Shown piece by piece: positions 56,269 through 64,000 of a stretch of 64,000 bases of DNA (position 1 is its first letter; each line of letters begins with the position of its first letter). The notes under the pieces were generated by a model. It saw only the letters and a list, made by a program, of their open reading frames with translations. It was not told where the DNA came from and did not search any database. The DNA comes from an uncultured Nitrososphaeraceae archaeon (lineage in GTDB: Archaea > Thermoproteota > Nitrososphaeria > Nitrososphaerales > Nitrososphaeraceae). Made by a program: the position numbers and the translations under genes. The stretch lies in the NCBI GenBank assembly GCA_963779615.1, contig CAVZZA010000003.1, positions 960,001 through 1,024,000 on the forward strand, read 5' to 3'.

Positions 56269-56477
56269 GATTACTACAGAATCATTTGATAACTTACTAC
56301 TTATACACTTTTGTAATACAATCGGAGATACTCCAAACCAGCATGACTACAGATAAGCAATAAAAAATGAAATAATTTTTTATCCAAATAACCGATCTAA
56401 TGCTTTATTCAACATCAAAAAATATGCGTCACCATGGTACTACTATTACGACGACCACTGCACCTGCACCACTATTT

Positions 56478-57413
56478 CTAGCCAGATCGGACTAACCCAA
56501 CTAATGGAATATCTTTAAACTCGTCAAATAGATTAGAGTTTTTATCAAAATTAATGAATAAAACGCTACTATCCATTATAGAGATAGAAACACTTGTTTT
56601 TTTATAGATTTTTGTTTGGTCAGGTTTTTTTAAGTCATTTGAATGCACAACTTGAGCCACATCCATATAGCCACTATAGGTTTTATCTGAATTTTGTTGC
56701 TGAACAGAATAAACATTGAAATTAGAAAGAGAATAAGAAGTTGTATTGGAATATTGGTTTTTTGTTTTATCTGATTGAGAGCCAGCAGATACAATGGTAT
56801 TATTGGATATTCCTGGCGAAACAACACCACCATTAAAAGTTTTTGGAGAAGAGACATCGTTATAACCATAAATAATTGGTCGTAAAGTGAATGAAGATTT
56901 AAAATCTATAGAATGGTCATCTTTTGATATCAAGGACCAGTTTCCAAAGACACTGTTTGCGATAACACCATCCTTTTGATTATATTCAGAACTCACTATT
57001 GTTCCCCGCATGGTTAGATTATCACGGTTATCGGATAGGATGCCATTGCTCCTGCTGCTGCTCAAAGTAGATCCATCACTACAGGTATTTTTGGTGGTAG
57101 TTTCAGATTTTCCATTACTGCTTGATTGAGCCTGAATTGAGAAATTGCTTCCGCAGTTATCACTGATGGTTCCTGATTGAGATTGCATAGCAAAGTTATT
57201 AACAGAGCTATATGCATTTGCCAAGTAAAAATATGGGTCATAAACAGAGATAAACGTAATTAACAGTAAAGATGCAAATAACAGCACAAGTGGCTTTTTT
57301 TTGTTCTTAAATGGAATTGATAATGTTGTAGACCAAATTACATTAAAAAAACATGCTTTTCCAACAGCCATAACTAATCCAAAATATAACAAATAAAAAT
57401 CCAATTTATGCAT
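56478..57413 (-). CDS. Secreted Ser-rich hypothetical protein (true start probably downstream)
   Basis: KKKPLVLLFASLLLITF signal-like segment; IPLVG C-terminus. Confidence 0.7.
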   Translation of the reverse strand: MHKLDFYLLYFGLVMAVGKACFFNVIWSTTLSIPFKNKKKPLVLLFASLLLITFISVYDPYFYLANAYSSVNNFAMQSQSGTISDNCGSNFSIQAQSSSNGKSETTTKNTCSDGSTLSSSRSNGILSDNRDNLTMRGTIVSSEYNQKDGVIANSVFGNWSLISKDDHSIDFKSSFTLRPIIYGYNDVSSPKTFNGGVVSPGISNNTIVSAGSQSDKTKNQYSNTTSYSLSNFNVYSVQQQNSDKTYSGYMDVAQVVHSNDLKKPDQTKIYKKTSVSISIMDSSVLFINFDKNSNLFDEFKDIPLVGLVRSG

Positions 57414-57522
57414 TACGAATTCAACAAAAAGTTTAGATAAAGTTGTCCATGGCCCTATATAAAAATTTTCAAAATAACGTATAAGTACCTAAATTGTTAC
57501 AATTAATAAAACGATTTGTTCA

Positions 57523-58803
57523 ATGAAAAAAACATCCCCGGAAATAGATAGGCTTGCTGGAATAGAATATTATTCAACAAGGTTTAATGGAATAGGTGGA
57601 AACATAAAAAATGATGACGATGATTTTAATGTCAAAGAAATACTAAATCCAAGTTTTTTAAAAGAATTGACTACTCAAAAAAGCGATATCAATGTTTTTC
57701 CAGTGTATGAAATAGAGAAAAAAGGAATGGACTCCAATCATGCCGTAATAACATTAAAAAAAAAACTGGGAATAAACCTAAAAATAGTTGGCATAAAGGA
57801 TGCCAAAGCAACTACCTCACAGTATGCTAGTACAAATAACAGCAAAAGAATAATAAAAGATTGCAAAATCGACAAAATATCTTTAAAATTGGTAGGGTTT
57901 TCAAAAAAGCCTATTGAAAAATCAATGTTGATTGGAAATAAATTTAATATAAAAATTGCAAACCCAAGAGACAACACCCACAACAATCTGTCAAGTTTTT
58001 TGTCAGAAATTAACAGTGTGGGCAATTTTTACGGCTTGCAAAGGTTTGGAAGTGAAAGACTGGTAACACATCTGGCAGGGAAAGCAATTTTAAGTAGAAA
58101 ATTCAACGAGGCGGTAAACATACTGTTAACACACACAACAAAGTTCGATTCAACATTTAGTATAGAGATAAGGGAAAAATTAAAGGATCTAAAAAATAAC
58201 AAAAACATTGTTAAAACAATTCCAAAAGGGATGGATATTGAAAAAAAGATGGCAGAGGAGATTATAAAAGGAAAAGAACCCATTTCGGTATTAAGATCTA
58301 TTCCAATAAACATTAGAAGGCTATTTGTGCAGGCATTTCAGGCATTTATGTTCAATAAAACCCTCAGTTACGCAATAGGAAATGACCTGCCCATAACAAA
58401 CTGTGAAAAAGACGACATATGCTTTGAAGTCATTGACAAAATAGTTTTTGGAAAAATTCGAAAATTCGAGAATTCTGACCCAAATAACAAATACGATACA
58501 GTCCCCATAATTAGATTGCCAGGCTATTCATTTCAGCCTGGAAAAAAAAACAGGTTTGATAAAATCATTAAAGAGATGCTACATGATGAAGGCATCACTG
58601 CTAAGGATTTTTTCATAAAAGAAATGCAGGAGCTGAGTGAGGCAGGAGGATTTAGGCAAACTGTTCTGATTTCAAAAGATTTTAAATATGCCACATCGTC
58701 AAATTCGACATCTGTTGAATTTGCTGTGCCTAAAGGAACATACGCAACCACACTGCTAAGAGAAATTGTCAAGCCATCTGATCCAATAAGCGCAGGCTTT
58801 TAG
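57523..58803 (+). CDS. truD: tRNA pseudouridine(13) synthase
   Basis: GIKDAKATTSQ, GNKF, NFYGLQRFG, KGTYATTLLRE. Confidence 0.95.
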   Translation: MKKTSPEIDRLAGIEYYSTRFNGIGGNIKNDDDDFNVKEILNPSFLKELTTQKSDINVFPVYEIEKKGMDSNHAVITLKKKLGINLKIVGIKDAKATTSQYASTNNSKRIIKDCKIDKISLKLVGFSKKPIEKSMLIGNKFNIKIANPRDNTHNNLSSFLSEINSVGNFYGLQRFGSERLVTHLAGKAILSRKFNEAVNILLTHTTKFDSTFSIEIREKLKDLKNNKNIVKTIPKGMDIEKKMAEEIIKGKEPISVLRSIPINIRRLFVQAFQAFMFNKTLSYAIGNDLPITNCEKDDICFEVIDKIVFGKIRKFENSDPNNKYDTVPIIRLPGYSFQPGKKNRFDKIIKEMLHDEGITAKDFFIKEMQELSEAGGFRQTVLISKDFKYATSSNSTSVEFAVPKGTYATTLLREIVKPSDPISAGF

Positions 58804-58912
58804 TCACAACTTTGACGTGTTTTGCGATAAGAAAAAACATATAGATATAATTATTATCATCACCACTAATAATTACTGGTGAAATAAAATATCAACTGAT
58901 AAAGAACTGTCA

Positions 58913-59164
58913 TTGTTTAAGGTATTTTTTAGAGTGGGAATCATAGTTATAATCGCGGGGGTATTTTTTATAACTATAGATTTGCTGGTGCATTCATTCA
59001 CAGAAGGCCTAAAATCACTAGGCGCAAGATTTATAATAGCTGGAACAATTTCAATCGCAATAGCTTATCTATACAAATATCATAAAATTATAGGGTTTTT
59101 AGTCAGCCAGGTAAAAAATAAAATCAAGAAACAAGACAGGTTTTCGCAATGGGACAAACCATAA
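58913..59164 (+). CDS. Small two-TM membrane protein
   Basis: Two hydrophobic segments. Confidence 0.6.
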   Translation: MFKVFFRVGIIVIIAGVFFITIDLLVHSFTEGLKSLGARFIIAGTISIAIAYLYKYHKIIGFLVSQVKNKIKKQDRFSQWDKP

Positions 59165-59306
59165 TTAAGCAGGTTACCTAAACAATGTCATTAAATTCCA
59201 CAACACCTTGAGAAATTAACAGGCGGTAAAATAGAGCAATGAAGACATGAATTTATAATTGATTATACTATGATCAACAGAAAATAAGAAATCCAAGGTG
59301 CATTAA

Positions 59307-60074
59307 TTGACAATAGAAGAAATAAGATACGATTTTACAGAACATGCAGAGCATTTTCGAAATTTTTTTTCCAAAATTTTAAAACTAATGATAATTTCAA
59401 AGTTAAATTGTCAAGAGTCAAATAAAACATCTGTGAGTTATTTCAATAGAATAGTCAGCAGCATAGACCACTGTAAAACTCACAGAGTGAAATATGGCAA
59501 ATCAATGATTTTTACAAAATTTTTTCATTATGAGTTTACTTACCAAACAATTAAAGTAACAATAAAAGTAACAGGCAAACATATTATCGACATTCAACTT
59601 GAATCAATAATTTCGGATTTTGTAAAATTTTTTGATGAACTTAGCAGCGATACAAAAGCAATAAAATGGAGCAGTGCCATCACATGCGATAATGTACTTC
59701 AGGAAAGAACAATAACTGAAAGGGATGAAAATTCAAATAATGATTCGCTAATCATACAACAACAGTCTGAGGAAAAAATTCAGCATGAGATAAAAACGTT
59801 TTTCTGCCTACTGGAAGCATTCATAGAAACACTGCATGATTTAATATCAGCATCACCCAATGAAAATAATGACAGTCTAATTGGAAAAACGATCGAAATT
59901 AAAGACGTTTGTGTAATAAGGAAAAGCCTAATTATCGAAATTGTTATTGACGAAAAAATGATAATTATAAGCCTATCACCAAAAAAAAACAGGCATGTCT
60001 CAATAATTCTCGATAATGAAGATAAAACAGGAAATACAATAAAAGAGTTGATTCTTCAAAATAAAAAACTTTGA
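59307..60074 (+). CDS. Hypothetical protein
   Basis: 255 aa ORF. Confidence 0.7.
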   Translation: MTIEEIRYDFTEHAEHFRNFFSKILKLMIISKLNCQESNKTSVSYFNRIVSSIDHCKTHRVKYGKSMIFTKFFHYEFTYQTIKVTIKVTGKHIIDIQLESIISDFVKFFDELSSDTKAIKWSSAITCDNVLQERTITERDENSNNDSLIIQQQSEEKIQHEIKTFFCLLEAFIETLHDLISASPNENNDSLIGKTIEIKDVCVIRKSLIIEIVIDEKMIIISLSPKKNRHVSIILDNEDKTGNTIKELILQNKKL

Positions 60075-60093
60075 TGCATCCTTATCAAATTAA

Positions 60094-60603
60094 TCAAGAA
60101 AATCTTATATCACCGCCAGAATTTAAAAGAGCGGCCAAAAATAAAATACCTATTGACAAACCCACAGTTAAACGACCCAGTACAATTATTTTGTTTCTCA
60201 GTGCCTTAAAATACGAATCAGGGACCTGATTTTGCAAAATCTTGGTTTCTGTTTTTTTATTAAGTATTACAATATGGACAGTATAAACTAAAATGGTTAT
60301 ACAAACTAAAATGATTTTAGAAAACAAGATATATCCGTAAATTGACTCAAAAAGCAGAGAAGGCTGAGATAAAAGAAATCGCCCATTATAAACTCCCGTA
60401 ATAACAAGAATCATTAAAGATGATCCGGCGATAAAATTGAAACGACGACCAACAGTAACCATAAATGAGATTCGTTTATTCATATCAGGCATAGTTTTTT
60501 TAAGTAGAGGAGCCAATACAACCCCTAAAAAAATTGAACCACCTACCCAAATTGAAGAAAAAATCAAATGAATCAAAAAAATAAAGGAATCATAAATCAA
60601 CAT
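60094..60603 (-). CDS. CopD-family membrane protein
   Basis: IHLIFSSIWVGG, TGVYN, YGYILFSKI. Confidence 0.85.
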   Translation of the reverse strand: MLIYDSFIFLIHLIFSSIWVGGSIFLGVVLAPLLKKTMPDMNKRISFMVTVGRRFNFIAGSSLMILVITGVYNGRFLLSQPSLLFESIYGYILFSKIILVCITILVYTVHIVILNKKTETKILQNQVPDSYFKALRNKIIVLGRLTVGLSIGILFLAALLNSGGDIRFS

Positions 60604-60690
60604 CAGATAGTAATTTTTGATTGTTCCATAATATATTACTATAAAAAAAGTTTTTAATACCATCAATTTACAGATAAAATCGACAACAAA

Positions 60691-61194
60691 ATGTTCTTAA
60701 GCAGACGCAGATTGGTTTTAATAGGCACCGTAGCAATAATTGGGGGTGTTATAATATTACTTCCATTGATATTAACAATAACACTACCTGACTTAAATAA
60801 AGTAAGTATAACAACTAACAAAATAGAATTCAAGGGATTGATAGAAAAAAACAACACAGTTTTGCTAAACTTATTTTTCAATATCAACAACCCTACAAGT
60901 CAAGCATTGACTACCTCTAAAATAGACTACAAATTATTTGCAAATGGACAGTCTCTTGGGGACCATACAATTCAATATCTAGACACTCCAGTCAATGGGC
61001 GACCTCAGTTATTAGCCAATAGAGATGCGACCATACAACAAGAAATAAAGGTGCCTATAACAGATGAAAAATTAGTTACAGATTTAAGAAACAACAATAA
61101 AACATTACAAAACATTGATTGGAAAGTTCAAGGATCGGCGATAATCGAATCCGGATTCAGTTCTGCTATCAAAAATTTCACCACATCATGGTAA
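60691..61194 (+). CDS. Membrane-anchored LEA type 2-like protein
   Basis: TM then FNINNP..IDYKLFANG. Confidence 0.75.
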   Translation: MFLSRRRLVLIGTVAIIGGVIILLPLILTITLPDLNKVSITTNKIEFKGLIEKNNTVLLNLFFNINNPTSQALTTSKIDYKLFANGQSLGDHTIQYLDTPVNGRPQLLANRDATIQQEIKVPITDEKLVTDLRNNNKTLQNIDWKVQGSAIIESGFSSAIKNFTTSW

Positions 61195-61288
61195 TTTATA
61201 TCAAAAAACGACATGAAGCAATAATTTCAATGGTTTTTGAAAATTTAAAAGGTAAAATAAAAAAATTGGTTTTGACAGATGTCTTTTG

Positions 61289-61735
61289 TTATTCTGTTTG
61301 TGGAATCATCATAAATTTATTAAAGGATGTTGTAACCCATTCTTCAATAATTTGGCATTTTGCAGGACTGATTGAATTTGACTCGTCATCTATTGAACAC
61401 AGATGCTGAAATGTACAACATATGCACGGAGCTCCTTCAATTGTAGTTAAATCAATAGGTTTTTGTTCAACATTGGCGACTGGAATAGTTTTTTTAACTA
61501 TTAGCTTGTATGTCCATCTACCATTATATAGAGCTTTTTCACGCGTAATTAGAGATTGTTTTTCCAGGTTTCCCACAAGTCGTGAACCATCACGACTATC
61601 TAGAGAAAATAACTTACATAATTCTGTTTGAAAGACTCCTTCTTCGCCACTTGTTGTAATAGCATTGAATACCTTATCAATAAGATCACTTTTAGAACGA
61701 ACGGATAATTTGGAGCTAGAAATTTCAGATGACAA
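61289..61735 (-). CDS. Winged-helix plus Cys-cluster protein, archaeal RPC34 homolog (TFE-beta-like)
   Basis: GVFQTELCK..SRLV..LEK wHTH; PCICC...LC....SPAKC..IEEW. Confidence 0.8.
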   Translation of the reverse strand: MSSEISSSKLSVRSKSDLIDKVFNAITTSGEEGVFQTELCKLFSLDSRDGSRLVGNLEKQSLITREKALYNGRWTYKLIVKKTIPVANVEQKPIDLTTIEGAPCICCTFQHLCSIDDESNSISPAKCQIIEEWVTTSFNKFMMIPQTE

Positions 61736-62481
61736 AACATAGTACCTACAACGAAATAATATAAATGTCTTTAAATTTAGGATTGTACTTTTTAATGTAT
61801 GTTACAAATAAACTGAATATTATAAGCATCTATTAACTTAAGGGCATCTAAATGCATTATTCAAGGTTGATGCTTGATACATCAAATAAAATCAATTTAA
61901 AATTCAACGATGCTCCAAATAATGCTGGTGTTAGAGTTAATGCGGAATTATCGATATATTTAACTGATATGACCAATTCATCCAGCTATATTTTAGTCTT
62001 TAATAGGGTAGTAATCGTCGCCTTATAAGATAAAACAAAAAAAGCAAGGCAATCAGTAAACTTTTATCCATTATTCAGATAAACTTTAGTTTTTTGGCAA
62101 CATTATTACTAATCATTCCACAATTGATAAAAACACAAAACAATGAATCATTATGCAAGGTACAATTTTTCTACCCTAAATGCAATATCGATAAAAAGTG
62201 TTGTTTTTTCTATAAAAAGATGGATTGAGCAACATTCTTTCGGCATTAAAGGCCAAATGAATTGGCGTGTCGTATAACCAAATAAAAAAGGAAAAAGATT
62301 GAAAGACATTTGGAGAACATAATGATTAACTATACATGTTATATAACACAAGAAAAAGAAAATGTTGTATTTTTGTATGTCATATCACTGTTTGTGATAT
62401 TCAGAATTAGCAGATAAACCCGAAGTAAGCATTCACAGACCTATATAAATAAAAAATATAAATCAATAATTGTACGCATTG

Positions 62482-62967
62482 ATGGGAATACTTATTGACG
62501 GAATAATTGCAGGTTTAGTTTCTACATGTATTATGACAATATATGAAATACCATTTTGGAGAATATGGGGAATTAAAGGAATTCTTGAATGGCATGAGAA
62601 CCAAATATTAACGTCAAAATTAATAAAGAAATTTTCAAAGACCAAATCTGACACGGGCATCTATGCAGGAATACTGCTATTGCATATTATTAATGGTACA
62701 CTGGCTGGAATAACTTTTCCATTTATTTATTTATTTTTTATACCATTATTTTTCTCACACTCATTCCAATGGTCCACCACCCTTGGAATAATATTTGGGA
62801 TTTTACTCTGGTTATTAACTCTGCTCCCAATTCACAAACCCATTACAGGATTACCTGTATGGAATCACCCTCTTGGAAAAGGACCGGCAATAATCAGTTT
62901 TTGTGGACATGTATTATATGGCTTTACTTTGGGAACTGTTACCAACACTCTGTTACTCTATAGATAA
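62482..62967 (+). CDS. Four-TM membrane protein
   Basis: GIIAGLVST..MT, LHIING, GHVLYG motifs. Confidence 0.75.
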   Translation: MGILIDGIIAGLVSTCIMTIYEIPFWRIWGIKGILEWHENQILTSKLIKKFSKTKSDTGIYAGILLLHIINGTLAGITFPFIYLFFIPLFFSHSFQWSTTLGIIFGILLWLLTLLPIHKPITGLPVWNHPLGKGPAIISFCGHVLYGFTLGTVTNTLLLYR

Positions 62968-63322
62968 ATACACTGATATCAATAGCACTGGAATGAAATT
63001 AATAAAACCATTAAAAAATAATATATATATTTCTTGCCATATGCATTACATCTTAACAAATCATTATCACATTAATTTTACATCATTAAAAGATAAAGCC
63101 CATTTATTTAGCAATATTGTCATAACAATAAATTGAAAGACAGAAGATATTTTGCATGATTAGACATAAAAATTTGCAATTAGAGATAGTTTTGCATAAA
63201 ATTGATTCTTAACTTGAGATGTTCGGCATTATGTGTGTAGATTCCCATGTTTTTTAATTGATGCCAATTATGCTAGAGATTCGAGTCAAGTTTATCCGAT
63301 CTGCTACAGAGAGTTAATTGAT

Positions 63323-63703
63323 TTATTTTGTTTCTGTTTCGCTATCTATCTGTTTGATTATTTTTTTGTATGAATCAATGAAACCTTTTGCATAGATATT
63401 AGCATGTTTTTCTGAACCTCTATGAGTGCCACTAGTTGTCCTTATGTGATGATAAAATTCATGCAACACTATAAACGGATTATAAAAAATATCAGAATTT
63501 ATGCAATAAATTTTACACTCTTTTTGAACATATACAGCATATACAGTATGTCTTTTCCCCTTTATAGTGCCAACAACAATTTTGGGCGGATTAACTTTAT
63601 AAAACCTTCCTAAACTCTCTAAAGCCTGTTCTGTTTTTTTGTCAAAAATCATTTGTACTACCTTAGCCTTGGCTAGATCGTCAAGTTTGATAATAAAAAC
63701 CAT
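63323..63703 (-). CDS. Small HExxH (zincin-like) protein
   Basis: IVLHEFYHH..GSEKHAN. Confidence 0.75.
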   Translation of the reverse strand: MVFIIKLDDLAKAKVVQMIFDKKTEQALESLGRFYKVNPPKIVVGTIKGKRHTVYAVYVQKECKIYCINSDIFYNPFIVLHEFYHHIRTTSGTHRGSEKHANIYAKGFIDSYKKIIKQIDSETETK

Positions 63704-64000
63704 TGATATGACTAACTTGAATAATATGCAAAAGTCAGATATTTAAAATGAGTGCATGATACGCATTTTATGATATCTAGAAAAAACAGCCGAACTGAAT
63801 ATAGAGGCCGAATTTCCATTTTGGGTTTCCAATCAAAATATGTATCTTCTTTTTGAGTTGCATAAATAATTTCATTATTTTAATGACGTTTATTTTGATC
63901 TTGATAGAGTTTTAGTGGTCAAATGAAATGTTCACAAAATGGAACAATGAAAAATGATGGTTTGAGGAGAAGAATGTGCCTTAATTCATTTTGGATTCAG

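Overview
Low-GC archaeal DNA; gene content and protein style point to a soil ammonia-oxidising archaeon of the Nitrososphaeraceae (Ca. Nitrosocosmicus-like; inference from archaeal TyrRS, CDC48, NurA, TFE-beta/RPC34-like gene and lineage-typical kinases, secreted proteins and IS6 elements). The window has two halves. Right (about 48.4-64 kb): core-like genes (nurA, tyrS, ppx, cdc48, truD, CopD-like, RPC34-like). Left (about 1.5-47.7 kb): a long accessory tract downstream of a minus-strand tRNA-Val(GAC) at 47674-47748, with single cargo genes, many pseudogenes, IS6/IS5 remnants and GC-richer blocks. The main observation is at least six co-oriented, diverged copies of a 45-50 bp motif (9768, 11351, 15639, 20520, 22898, 25724, 40429). 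Its left end resembles the tRNA-Val 3' end, and two copies sit next to truncated integrase starts in the same geometry as the tRNA itself. This suggests a tandem array of repeatedly integrated, att-delimited segments (cassette-like). All alignments were made by eye; no searches were run.
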